A stretch of DNA of 57,740 bases, the filler included, from Sphacelaria rigidula (lineage: Eukaryota): NCBI GenBank assembly GCA_964200075.2. It is 8 parts of 8 records of this genome, joined end to end, with 100 filler letters (N's around TTAATTAATTAA, not from the genome) between each part and the next. Parts side by side here need not be neighbours in the genome. Positions count along the whole stretch, not along the records: positions 1 to 7,130 come from CAXNAA020016335.1; positions 7,231 to 14,360 come from CAXNAA020016336.1; 6 more parts are not named here. One strand, written 5' to 3'. Within the stretch, counting starts at the first letter, position 1. The number at the start of each line of letters is the position of its first letter. A model generated the notes under the pieces. The model saw only the letters and a list, made by a program, of their open reading frames with translations, did not search any database and was not told the origin of the DNA. Made by a program: the position numbers and the translations under genes. Shown one piece after another: positions 1-11,762 of the stretch.

Positions 1-103
1 CCTTCCATCAAGGAAAAAAAAAAAAATGAGCGTGCACGCAACTCGGTTCCCCACCGTACCACGCATTTCCGTCGCTGATCCCTACCATGAGAGAAGATGT
101 TTA

Positions 104-487
104 AGTTTTTGCCGAGAAAAAATAAACAAAGCACACCCGACTACTGCAGTGTATATATCGCTGTCCTCAACTCGTGCTCTATGCTGCAGGGTTGCGGTGG
201 TAGCTGAGAATGACTTGGATGGAGTTTGCATGGTCCTGTGAACAGGTATTACCTGGCGTGGTGGTCTGTAAGATGGGAGTCAAGTGCCGCTTCGTGCCTT
301 TCGACCGCATATGTCCGATCGAAAACGATTTTTTTTCACCTCGTCGCATTCTTTTCCGCGCGCCGCTAATCATAATTTTGAGTTGAAGTCTTCAAGGAAC
401 ATGAATGCGGTGGATCTATCAGATCGGTAAAAACAAAATCGATCGCACTTTTTCGATCGAAAAAAAGTGCTGAGACACGCCCTTAGC
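104..487 (+). repeat. ~385-bp repeat, inverted copy at 6697-7081
   Basis: Nearly the whole segment matches the reverse complement of 6697-7081 (e.g. GAGAAAAAATAAACAAAGCACACCCGACTACT...GACACGCCCT). Confidence 0.9.
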
Positions 488-923
488 AAACATGTGGAGA
501 AGAAAAGATCTGATGGGTAGTCACCTGAACATAAATGGTCCAAGGCACGCCTTCACGAGATACTACTGTACCTCCGGTGGGAATTGAGAGACGGGGCAGA
601 TTCTACTCGGTTTGTTCCTTGCTTCTACGGGATCGGTTCTCCATGAATGTAGCGCTCTCGGGTTGGCGCGAACACGGTCAGGCTTACTTTCTTCTTTCGT
701 AGTGGCTACTGGTAGCCGTGGGGTTGGAAGTCCCTTTCTATTTCTTTTGATAAGTTGTGGTGAATGTCGGGGTCATTTTGTTGTTTTTCGTCATTTTGTT
801 CAAAACCTCCATGCGTGCGAGACTTGTGTCTTTGATACCTGCAGCACTGCTGCCACGCGCGTCAGCCGTGGCGTACCACTAGTCCTTTTTATTATTAGCG
901 TAATGTCGCTCCGCTGTACGCTT

Positions 924-1458
924 ATATAGCACCACCTTCCCATTGCCACACGGTAAAACACCCACCCCCACGACTCTCTTCTGGGATTCTCTGTTAGGGA
1001 GGGGGGCAACGAGGGGTAGAGCAAAAAAGAAGCGTGTCATGCGAAAAATAGAACCACTTCGTTACTGTATGTTCTACGCAAGCTCTTCATGTGTGAGAAC
1101 AGACCTGCTCACGTCCCTTCTCACATGCTGTTGAGCCATGCATATGTGCTTTCGAACACCACTGTAAAATCAAGACATGTGCGGACACATACCTCTGTTT
1201 GTCCCCCGTTTCCGTCCGTGCTCTCGCTCTTCCTCTCACATCCTTTCACATACGAATAAATATAGAACCACCTACCCAAATATATAGCGCCACCTTCTCA
1301 TCGCCACACGGTACTACACCCACCCCCACGACTCTCTTCTGGGGTTCGCTGTTGGGGAGGGGGGCGACGGGGGGTAGAGCAGAAAAAACAAACCTGTGCC
1401 ATGCGAAATAAAGGATCACTTCGATCCTATTGTACGCAAGCTCTTCGTGCGTGAGGAC
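924..1458 (+). repeat. Imperfect direct repeat, two ~175-bp copies (924-1100, 1282-1458)
   Basis: Both copies contain CCACACGGTA..ACACCCACCCCCACGACTCTCTTCTGGG..GGGAGGGGGGC..GGGGTAGAGCA..TACGCAAGCTCTTC. Confidence 0.85.
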
Positions 1459-2424
1459 TTGCCAGAGGAACGCACTGCTACACTGCACATGCGAGACCGC
1501 AGACTATTCATGAACTGCGCAGGAAAGATGGTCATTTGTAGAGCCCAACACGGTACAACACACAGCGCGACATCCACGCCCACGGTTATCTCTAGCGAAA
1601 AAGCGGAAATAACAAACCCCCTTTTTGCTTGGGGGTAGGGCAAGCCCGTGCCATGGAAGCAACCGTCATATACCCGTTCCTTACAGTACAATCATGCACA
1701 GTGTTCATGTTTACTGTACAGTACGTCCATGTACAGTCGCTTTTGCACTACAGTACGGCAGTAGTTATATAGACGGTCTAAGTTGTGGCTCCTTTTTGCC
1801 TCCATGTCCAACTTACACGGCACAGTGACGGGAAAACGGTTCACTCTGACGGGTTTACTCTGACAGAAATTTCCCGACGCTACCTGCGCCCTCCATTTTC
1901 AAGCTTTCACTTCACACCATCACAGATACGAATCGTTTTAAAATTTGAAAATACCTACCGTGTCCGACCCACATGTTGACGCTACATCCACGACAGACCA
2001 CTGCACAGCTATGCTGCACTGTACCTCGATACGGCCATGTTCGCCACGCCATCTCTTTCGTTCATCCTCAGTTTGAAAGAGCATGAAGCACGTGTCACCC
2101 GCGGGGCGAGTTCTCTGTTTGGACATAATATCACTTGGAAAAATGACTACAAGAAAGGGGTCATGCTCTCCGGAGGTTTGATGGAATTTGATCCCTTAGT
2201 GATATTCACGGTCAAAAGGGAAGGAACTCAGCGCGGGAGGGAAGAGAAAAATACACTGCATGCAGTGTATTGTACAGCTGTATACCGTCCTGTGTATTTT
2301 AGTTGGGCTTCGGTCTATCTACATTGTCACGTGTGTACCGCCCTGTCTGTACGGCATCGCCCATTTTGCTGAAGAGACGACGCCACGGCGATCATGGCAG
2401 TACCGATGGACGCAACACGATCAA

Positions 2425-2522
2425 CCCTTCGACCGTGATGCGGGTAGTCCATCTCGATAACCCATATTTTCGAGTAAAATTAATGCCCATTCAGCAGGTG
2501 ACCTACCCTCGCCGTCGAAGGG
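2425..2522. mobile_element. ~100-bp piggyBac-like MITE (TTAA family)
   Basis: TCAA|CCCTTCGAC...GTCGAAGGG|TTAA; interior homologous to the copies at 17590 and 43983. Confidence 0.8.
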
Positions 2523-2805
2523 TTAACAAACAGAGGAGCATAATGCAGTCGCCATGATGTTGCTACTGTGGTACGCGCCACGCTCTGTACCTGGGGTTCT
2601 CTTTGCCGCTTGGTACAACACACAAAGCGCGGCAGCTCTTTTCCCTTCATAATTGGTCGGCGTGCACTAAACATGGAAGGGAACAAGTAAGCGAGCAACT
2701 TTGAGATTTGAAACAATCAATACAGATCACTTCTATTTTCGACCTGGCGGTTGGAAGACACGCAAACGGAAGGAAATCGGCCACGCGACGGGTGGTGACA
2801 GATGA

Positions 2806-3320
2806 GGCCCCTTATTATCAAAGGGGATTCTCCCCCCTTTTCAAAATCCCCTTTTGAAAGGGGATTGCCCCCGTAGCGATCAGTTCTGAGTCCTATCGAA
2901 AAGCAGCTTTGTACAGATCGAACCCCAGGTCTGCCGTAGGTTCAAAAATGCGGCGGGTCTAGAACTGGTCGTCAGTCCAAGGCCTCTGTGATGCTACAGA
3001 CAAGACGCAGCAAGGCAGTACAACACTTACACACCCAGCCCCGAAAAAACACGTACAGACACCCACCACTCACGCGCATTGGTTTCACCGCTAGCCCTCA
3101 CAAATTTACACACGGCAGTCTTTGTTTAACGGAAATCCGTTTCGTAGTGGACGAATGGTGGTCGCGTCCGTGTCAAAAACAACAGAAAACGTGTTGTCGT
3201 TGCTCACCGTTTGTAAGCGTGCGCGCGGGTCTCACACAATAATTTCTCAATGAATTATGAACAGATTTGAGCAGGGTCACGCACAACGTGCGCAGCTGAT
3301 GAGCAGCTACTGCTGCTGTG
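2806..3320 (+). repeat. Fragment of the long dispersed repeat family also in contigs 3 and 8
   Basis: Homologous to 17697-17774 plus 19017-19450, and to 52735-53165. Confidence 0.85.
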
Positions 3321-4640
3321 TGTTTTTGATTTTGCGGGGGCACCCAGTTCCTCAGATTCAACTCTGATTGTGTTGGGTTGTGTGGTGAGCGTTTCCGTGT
3401 GCCCCTGTCAACCGGACATGTATGTTACCCTTCGAGGTGTCCGGAAATCCCCCGTTCAAAAAGAGATTTCACAAAGTGTTTTTGAACTGCCTGAAATCTT
3501 CCCCGAAAAGGGGATTGCTGGACACGCTTGAGGATTTTCGTTGGGGGGGGTGATATCGCAGAGACCAATCAGCGAGCGTTTTCAAGAAACAGGATTTTTT
3601 TTAAAAGGGGAAACTCCCGTGTCAGTACAGCAGTGTGTTACTGTACTTTTGTACTCTGCATTGGTTGTGCTGGCTATCAATACGTGGCCGATTGCAACAC
3701 TCCAGCTCGTGGTTTTGTGTTACATTGTTACAGTTTTGACGTGAAAATGAATGAACAGACCGTGTGGGCGATGCAATGCAGCAGGGAAGTGTGCGTGTCA
3801 TGGGTGCAGATAGCTGCGCTTCTTCTCCCGACCGGCTGGGCGACCCATTCGCTTCTTTGCCGATCGACTGGGCGGATCATTCCGATCCCATTGGCTTGCG
3901 CGAATTTCCAACAGGAAGATCCTACTAATACATGCATTTTGAAAAAAATGTCCTCGGTGTTTTGACCTTGATTAGCATGTCTAACTGTACAGAGCTTGCA
4001 GCGCCCTGTAGTGTACAGACAGTTGACGAGTTGTACGATACAGTAACACTTCCACTGCTCGTGCTGCCACCTGAACAGCCTGCACAGTACACAGACACAG
4101 TGTACAGACAGCGTGGTGCCTTGTACAACAGCCGTGCAACAGCATAACAGCATACTGTTGTGGTGGTATTCTCGATGGCAAGCAGCTGTACATATACTGT
4201 CTGTACGAGGATACAGTCCGTGTCGTCAGAGCATCCAAAATCGAGTATGCGCGGTGCTTGGCTAGCCAAAAACACAAGATGAGTGTTGGCTTGTCAACAT
4301 CGCGCATATAGCTCATCGCCGCCGACGTGCGTGGTCTCCTGCCCGACGACAAGATCCTTTCTTTACTGCCCTCTTGTGGACTGCCGTGGAGTACGTTATT
4401 TCGTGTATGCAGTTGTCATTCAATTTGGAATGGGGTTTGTCGTGGATTTAGTTCTGGAGGCGTTCTCAACCTGAACGCTATCCCCGATAATACCCCTCCC
4501 ACAGAATCCGAAATCAAACCCCAAGTGTCATCGGCATACGGACGGCGATGTTTCCCGTATGGGCCAAGTTTCTGTATCCGCGAAGTTCTCGGAAACTCCA
4601 TCAAGGATCCATCTGAGAGCGCCGGCGCCAACAAGGTTAA

Positions 4641-4742
4641 TCCCATGACCGCGAGAATAGGCCATCTGTTGAATTAGCATCGATTTCATGTGAAAATTAC
4701 TGCGGGACCAGATGATCTACTCGTACCCTCATGATCAAACGG
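4641..4742. mobile_element. piggyBac-like MITE, degenerate, reverse orientation
   Basis: Flanked by TTAA (4637) and TCAA (4743); interior CATCTGTTGAATTAGCATCGATTTCA is the reverse complement of the family core. Confidence 0.6.
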
Positions 4743-5300
4743 TCAAGACTGAGAGTGGTCGTTGTGGGCACGAACGGACTTCGATTGTCTTGATCATAGA
4801 ATACTACCTGACGGGTAACTTTTCAGATCCAAATCGCTCGCCACACGAGTCGGCCTAGAACTCCAGCCTGAAATAACCACAATGTCTCGGCACAGAGAGA
4901 AAAGTAAACTAGGATAATTGCTGCAGTCCAAGTAAGTACAAGTGGGTCACTCTTCCACAACGTGTTTCGGTGAAGGTCATCTCACTTTCGGGTGATCGTG
5001 TATATCGAAGCGTAACGTTTCACATCCAGAACACTTGCCGCAGAAGTCGGCATCACATCAACGATCCTGTCCCGAGTTCACCTGACTACAGCAATTTTAC
5101 GCACAATGTGCCTCCCCGCTGGGGGCGGGAAACAAAAGCGCGGACCACCAATTCGAAGTGCAGCGGACGCGGCGTATGAGATGTATGCAACGTCGCGAAA
5201 TAGAGGACAGTGGAGGAGACAACTGTGTCGACGAAACACGTTGTGCTCACCAACCTCGAGCTTTGAGCGCGGTATTCTGTATCGTCGCAGACGACAGCAC

Positions 5301-5450
5301 CTGAGTGAGTATAGCCGCAGTGACCGTGCGATCCAGATGATCCAACTCGGCGGCTGCACCGTCGCCGTCGCTATCTTGGCCACTGCCTTCTCCATCTTCG
5401 TTCCTTCTACCTGCTGCAAAATCTTCTTCGTGCATAAACCAGTGTATCAT
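5301..5450 (-). CDS. Putative first exon (50 aa) of unknown protein, paralog of 5731-5955
   Basis: ATG at 5450, MIHWFMHEED...LDHLDRTVTAAILTQ, then CAG|GTGCTG donor. Confidence 0.5.
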
Positions 5451-5730
5451 ATTTGGGGGTACTGTACTGCAATGAGCGCTTGCTTCTATCGACAAAGTCC
5501 TAATGCTACAACATTACGTGCCTCGGCTTCGGACCCTTGGCTGGAACCAACGAGAACCTTACTCAAGGGAGAACCCCCGTGCATGTGACTGCGGAACTGA
5601 GAAATGTGCCGCATATATCGAAAATGTGTCGTAGCATTTCTTGATCCCGCAGCACAGACAAGTTGCTCTGGGCGGGCCACATGGGGGAAGTAGAGTGATA
5701 TCCGCATTTCGAGCGGGGAGATCAGAAAAA

Positions 5731-5955
5731 ATGTTGAGCTGGTTTTTGCACGAGGAAGGGGACGATCCGATGGATTACACGGGTACCGATCAGGAGAGTA
5801 AAACGAGAACAATAGCAAACTCAGCACGAGTAAGGAGGCAAGATTCGCGAAGCTACGAGAGCAGCAGCGACGGCGAGGCAGCATCCGACTACGATGATGT
5901 GGCTCCCACGTTAGATAAGCTGGATCGTGTGATTACTTCGGCCATACTGATGCAG
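5731..5955 (+). CDS. Putative first exon (75 aa) of unknown protein, paralog of 5301-5450
   Basis: ATG at 5731, MLSWFLHEEG...LDKLDRVITSAILMQ, then CAG|GTGTTG donor at the equivalent codon. Confidence 0.5.
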
Positions 5956-6696
5956 GTGTTGTATGTAATAAGCGGTAGCTCTCTGACGGAAGCAGCCTGT
6001 ATAATTCAGGGCTGTCCAGTTTGATCTCCCAGCATGTAGTGCACAGGTCTGTAAAACCGTTACACAGGGTGTTGGAATGATGCTCAGCGTGGTGAAGTGC
6101 CCTATCCTCTCCTGTATAAAACATCAGTAGTACTTTTGTGGGTGCAGCATTCCTCTTGATTTGGTGTCTTGGTTTCACTTGACTTTGCTATAGGTCAAAT
6201 GCCTACTTGTACGCAACTTGATTTGATCAGTCCACGAGTATCATGTTTCCTCCAATTCAACCTACCCACTCTAAATATCATACAAAAAGCGGCATTGCAC
6301 GCTGGATACCAACCCCTCGACAGCGAGAGTAGGTGACCTCTTGAATCCGCATCAATTTCACTTGAAAAAAGTATGTGTGATCCAGATGGAGTACGCTCGC
6401 GGTCTACGGGTAAAATCCTACTGTACAATTGAGGGCGGACGAAATTCCCTGGACACCCTCCTCGAAGGACAAGGGTCACGAGCTGAACCAGCCTAGATTC
6501 TCACCCCAATCAGCCTACAAACGGAGCTTGCAGGGCAATTAGCTGCTTATTTTCGTGACCTGTGCTTTGGAAATTCGCGTGGAGAATCACAAGGGCACAA
6601 TAACCCCGCGCGAGTCACACTACAGCTTAACAACGCCCTAACCCTCTGAGAACTCTCCGCTCCCGACCCCGGTCCAGACGCCTCATTATTTCAAGC

Positions 6697-7081
6697 GCTG
6701 AGGGCGTGTCTTCGCACTTTCTTTCGATCGAAAAAGTGCGGTCGATTTTGTTTTTGCCGATCTGATAGATCCACCACATTCATGTTCCTTGTAGACTTCA
6801 ACTCAAAATTATGATTAGCGGCGCGCGGAAAAGAATGCGACGAGGTGAAAAACAATCGTTTTCGATCGGAAATATGCGGTCGAAAGGCACGAAGCGGCAC
6901 TTGACTCCTCTCTTACAGACCACCACGCCAGATAATACCTGTTCACAGGACCATGCAAACTCCATCTAACTCATTCTCAGCTACCACCGCAACCCTGCAG
7001 CATAGAGCACGAGTTGAGCACAGGGATATATACACTGTAGTAGTCGGGTGTGCTTTGTTTATTTTTTCTCGGCGAAAACTT
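6697..7081 (-). repeat. ~385-bp inverted copy of 104-487
   Basis: Reverse-complement match; bracketed by a 48-bp imperfect direct repeat (6641-6688, 7083-7130). Confidence 0.9.
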
Positions 7082-7130
7082 GACCCTTTGGGAACCCTCC
7101 CCTCCCGTCCCCGGGCCAGACGCCTCATTA

Positions 7131-7230
7131 NNNNNNNNNNNNNNNNNNNNNNNNNNNNNNNNNNNNNNNNNNNNTTAATTAATTAANNNNNNNNNNNNNN
7201 NNNNNNNNNNNNNNNNNNNNNNNNNNNNNN
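7131..7230. other. Artificial contig linker N44-TTAATTAATTAA-N44
   Basis: Six-frame stop linker; recurs identically every 7230 bp. Confidence 0.99.
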
Positions 7231-7760
7231 GGGCAACCAGGCCGAAGAAATCGTGGATTTGGTGATTCGAACCCGTAATGATTTGTCCTAACCGTGCAAA
7301 TATCCGACGAAAGTAGACGACCTGCGGAAGTGCCGGGCCACGGCTCAATGACAAACTGTCAGGCGGGTTTAACACAGGGGAAGAAACGGTCCACCTGGGA
7401 CTATATGCTGCTCTCGAGCACGCATCCAAAAGATTCCTCCTCCTCCACGAGACTGACTTGGAACATGGCCCTCGTTTATTTCACTTCTGTGGTACCTAAC
7501 CGCCATCCTATACTGTGAGGGGGAGGAGAACATGTGACGAACACAGATGTTATATACGCGAAGAAAGAAAAAAACGAACAAACACTGAATGAAACGATTA
7601 ATTGTCTCCTCTGTCTCGAGGTTTTCCACGTCCACCGTTTGACTGACTGACTTCCCTCGCGTACCCGAGTATCTTGTGATAACCACAGCTGGAATCGTAG
7701 TCGACCAGTCCACACACGACAATGAACCCACCCATCAGATTCATCAGGTTCATCAACTAC

Positions 7761-7993
7761 CTCATCTGCCTTGAGCGACTCCGTGGCCTTCTCGTTCAGC
7801 ACGTGACGAAGCAACTTGGCGGAGCAGCGGAAACCCTTAGGCTTAGAGCCGCTGCCGCTCGCGCCCTTGCCTTCTTCAGGGCTCTTGGTGTCATTAGGGT
7901 CCACCATAGACTTGTAAGCGTAGTTCGTGTACGCAGGCGTTTCCGGGTGCGCCGCCACCAGATCATGCAGAAGTTGTGCGTAGTTCATTTGAC
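7761..7993 (-). CDS. Multi-dsRBD protein, exon 4 of those seen (start of a second dsRBD-like domain)
   Basis: TGCAG| acceptor, phase 1 matching the preceding exon (G|GT CAA ATG); QMNYAQLLHDL..P.Y..GFRCSAKL; GAG|GTAGTT donor. Confidence 0.75.
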
Positions 7994-8094
7994 CTGCATA
8001 TCAAAAAGCGCCAGCATTTGAGATCGGTAACGAGTTCTCGATACGATCATGATTAATACCGGCGATTCTGCGCACCGGAAATATTCTCATAATC

Positions 8095-8200
8095 ATTTTT
8101 ATTATTATTATTTCCGCACATTAGTCCCATCTCTCGAACCCGTGGTCACAGACGTAGGCTCGCCTTTCCAATGCCGTCCCTGCTATTCCTTACAAGACAT
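8095..8200 (-). mobile_element. 3' end of a retroposon (LINE/SINE) with (TAA)n tail
   Basis: Reverse complement of 32785-32893 (..GGACTAATGTGCGGAAATAATAATAA). Confidence 0.7.
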
Positions 8201-9450
8201 ACTACCACAATAGCCGGCTCTGAATCCCTCGGACGAGCGGGTAGCCCATCTGGATCATGCATACTTGTTTTTCAAGAGAAATCGAAGCCGATTCAACAGA
8301 TGACCCATGCTCGCCGTCAAAAACCTAAGCCGATACTCACCGATTTGAGTCACTAGCGAGTATCGATACTCGATACTATCGGAAACCTGGCCACTTTGTC
8401 AAAGAACGTGGGAGAAATGTATATATGAATGAGCGTCTTTATGGTGGACGCAGGGAAACTACGCAGCCCCGCCCTGCTCCGATCAAGCCATTCGACCACG
8501 AGTTTGCCACGAATAGATGCTGTCGTTCATGTCCGTTGCTAAAGCGAACCCTTGCTGTGCATGTGCAGTGTACGCTGAAGACTATCATATTGATAATAGT
8601 CTAGTCTATACTGGCGTTCTCTCACCAAAACAAAATCAGATAAATATCACAAAATCGAGGTCGAGTATCGATACTCACCGTGGTATTCTTGAGATATCGC
8701 TGAAAATATCGCAATCGTCTTCTTTGGTCAATATTTTCGGAATATCGATCGAGCCTACGCTTCTACTTACTCATCTTGAAAACAGTGATGCGTCACTTTT
8801 TTTTGCAAAATCGTGCTATAATAGCATAATAAGTAGAAGCCTAATCGAACCCGGTTTTTCGGGTCGATCTCAAACACTTCAATACACAATCACATTGCTC
8901 CTTCATTTTGAGTGTGTGAGTGAAAACAAAACGGTAGTTTCGGGGAGATGAGGGCGGTGGGGGGGGACGGGCGGGCATACCACCTCGGGAACAAAAACGA
9001 AGCATGGACAGCACGTTCCCGACGGCCCTTGGACTCTGCAACTGCGGTTACCTAGACAACATTCACGAGCGATCACCCCATACGAACAGCTTAGTAGCAA
9101 CCCGGTCCCGCACGAGAAGTTGACTCTCTCCCTCTCTGGGACTATATAACAAATTGTGTAAGTTTGCTCGTGTGTGGGTTCCGCACAACCGTAGTTTATC
9201 CACGAACCCGGATTCTAAAAGCAGAGTCAATCTTGCCACACTGTGGATAATGACAATAGATTACATGGTGAAGAAGTATACTGCGTACAGTATCGACTAT
9301 AGCGTCTATTGCGACAGACAATACATTCCATACTATACGCAGTATACTTTTCGAAACGTGATCGATTGTCATATTCCAGGATGCGCAGTCTTCCCGTGGG
9401 AGCCTACGGTGGAATTCTCAGCGAAGCACTCAAAGCAAAACGTCACGCAC

Positions 9451-9757
9451 CGTCTCCCATAGCCAACCTAGTCGCCTCAGCTTCAGCCTCCTTCGCAGCA
9501 GCAGTCGCGGCCGCAGCATTGCCGTCGCCGCCCGCTTCCTTCCCCGACCCGTCGGATCCGGCCGACGCACCCCCGCCACCCGCGGCGGCTGCCGCAGCTT
9601 TTGCCGTCTTTGCCTTGACGGCAGCCTTCAGGGCAGCAGCCCTGCCGCCGGCGCCTTCCTGCTGCAGCTCTTCCAGCTTGAGGGGAATGCGGTTGGCGAT
9701 TGCCTCTCGAAGGAAGTTGACGGAAGCCAGCTGCTTCGCAAGCTTCATGGACTTGGC
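9451..9757 (-). CDS. Multi-dsRBD protein, exon 3 (dsRBD helix 2 plus Ala/Gly linker)
   Basis: AAG|GCC acceptor; AKSMKLAKQLASVNFL fits the dsRBD KKxAKQxAA helix; ACG|GTGCGT donor, phase 1. Confidence 0.8.
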
Positions 9758-9828
9758 CTTTTTTTTTTACCGATACGATTTTTTTTACCGATACGATTTT
9801 TTTTCCCGGAGAGGAGGGGAGGGGGAGA

Positions 9829-9882
9829 GGAGAAGGAGAAGGAGAAGGAGAAGGAGAAGGAGAAGGAGAAGGAGAAGGAGAA
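9829..9882. repeat. (GGAGAA)n microsatellite
   Basis: About 9 tandem hexamers; pyrimidine tract on the minus strand. Confidence 0.95.
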
Positions 9883-10797
9883 GGGTTGGGAGGTACGGCA
9901 GGGAAAGTGGAAAGTGGAACGAAAAGCCAGGGGTGAGGAGAAGGGGTTATGAGAATCGAAATATGTATACTCCGGTGAGCATCAATATGAACGCATGTTT
10001 CACGTTCCCGTGGGAACCTTCGCCAAAAATATAGAATCGGCGTGCAATCGATTACCAAGCGCGAAGCGCCGTGGTGTGCACGGTGAGTCACATCAAGTGT
10101 CAGCTGCATCCTGCTAAGATTGTTCGTCCCGAAGCGTACTGATTATTTTGGATTTAGATGACAGCCACCAATGAGTTGCTTCATTATCTGGTATCGCCAC
10201 CTCCAGAGACAGCCATGGCTTCCATCCTGCCTCATGAGTCTCACCATTCAAACACCACGTGGTACGTACAATCATCTCCTTTCCGCGGAAATGAGGCTCC
10301 CCCACCCAGCACAGTATGATCTAGCTGGACCACAATCATGGTTACCGCAAACAGACGCAAGCATGCGGAAAAAAATCGGTAACCCGGATGCCTAGCTCTC
10401 GCAGTGAGTGACGTGTTTTACAGTGTCATGGCCAACCGACGCTGACCCCATATGGGGTCTGCCCCAAGAAAGCCGGGACGGAGCACGCCGGGTTTTCGCC
10501 GGACCAGGCTCAAGCAGCTTCAGGAAGTTTTTGATTTCCGATACAAGGGGTCGTAATCCAGTAACGGCCAGCCAGGAAGCTCCCCTTTACTTTAGCCGTT
10601 CGGGAGCTCCCGTGAACTTCAGCGGGCTATGTAAGTAAAAGTAATCTGTGATTAATATAAAATAAACCGCTGTCATTAGATAGAGGCACATGAGGTGAAC
10701 GAATAGGAACACTTTGCCCGCCGAAACGTGTTGTGTCATTGTATAGATGTTCGCAGGGTGCACGAACACAACATGTGACTCAACGGAACAATCTGTC

Positions 10798-11056
10798 GAG
10801 TGATGCTACGGTAGGGGTGCACAAATATTTTCCGAGGTTGAAAATGTTAGGAGCCCTTTATCTCGTCCAAAACAAAAGTTATGAAATATATATGAGAGCA
10901 CGCCAGGATAACTATTCCACAATGCTAGAGACATCCCGAATATAATTTGCAAGCGAGGATGTCCTGGCCTACATTCTCGTGCATCAAGAATCGTTAGTAT
11001 CCCCTGAACCAGACGAAATTTTGCGAAAAAAGTGCACCTCTACCGTAGCATGGCTC
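10798..11056. mobile_element. 259-bp MITE with GAG...CTC termini and 4-bp TSD (Sola2-like)
   Basis: TGTC|GAGTGATGCTACGGTAGGGGTGCAC...GTGCACCTCTACCGTAGCATGGCTC|TGTC; TIR 22/25; second copy at 19505. Confidence 0.75.
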
Positions 11057-11353
11057 TGTCAAAAAATGAACGTACTTGACGTGGCGGTGAACGAAACATT
11101 CGTCATGAGATAGATACACGTCCACCACAGAAAAAACAGAACGGGAGCGCTTGACCCATCCAAAACACGCGTCATGAGATAGTTCTAAGTAGTGTGAACA
11201 GAACGAAAGCACACACCAACAAAACTGTTTGACAAAAATCAACTATACAGTAAAAAAGTCAACGAGCGGAAAGACTGACCTGAACAAAGAAAAGCACAAC
11301 AAAACTCGAGAACAGCAACCAAAGAATGCTCAGAGATAGATGCTCCGACTCAC

Positions 11354-11404
11354 CGTGGCTTCGCTGTACTTGACGCCGTGTACTACGACTTGCACCGTGA
11401 ACGG
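11354..11404 (-). CDS. Multi-dsRBD protein, exon 2 (51 bp, beta2-beta3)
   Basis: CAG| PFTVQVVVHGVKYSEAT |GTGAGT; phase 0/0. Confidence 0.8.
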
Positions 11405-11517
11405 CTGCTCTCGTGCACGCACCCCCGAAAACAGCGACCCAAAAACACGGCAAAAAAGAACAAGAGCACAAACGAAAAAAAAAAAGGACAGAAGAGGAGT
11501 AATGCTGCGGTTGGGGT

Positions 11518-11762
11518 GGAAAACTGTGGATACTATTCCCAAGAAATACGATATTTTTGAGCAGAATCCAGTCCCGATGCTACACCGTCGGGACGTGAGT
11601 AGCAAACAAAGTTCAACGAGAATCTGTCCCCAATAGCCAGCTATAGTTATGGCGGAAAACTGTGGATACTATTCCCAAGAGATACGATATTTTTGAGCAG
11701 AATCCAGTCCCGATGCTACAGCGTGAGGACGTGGGTAGCAAACAAAATTCAACGAGAATCTG
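11518..11762 (+). repeat. Near-tandem duplication of ~109 bp (11518-11626, 11654-11762)
   Basis: GGAAAACTGTGGATACTATTCCCAAGA...TTCAACGAGAATCTG occurs twice. Confidence 0.9.

Noticed and set aside
7175..7186. TTAATTAATTAA as a biological motif, and ORFs containing X runs
   Set aside because: Synthetic six-frame stop linker.
7231..7322. Next exon of the dsRBD gene (CGCAG|VVYFRRIF..)
   Set aside because: The phase is compatible, but the peptide lacks the expected dsRBD helix 2 and runs off the contig.
9309..10109. 241-aa poly-Arg ORF and 208-aa (SP)n ORF
   Set aside because: Translations of the (GGAGAA)n microsatellite plus antisense or off-frame reading of a real exon.
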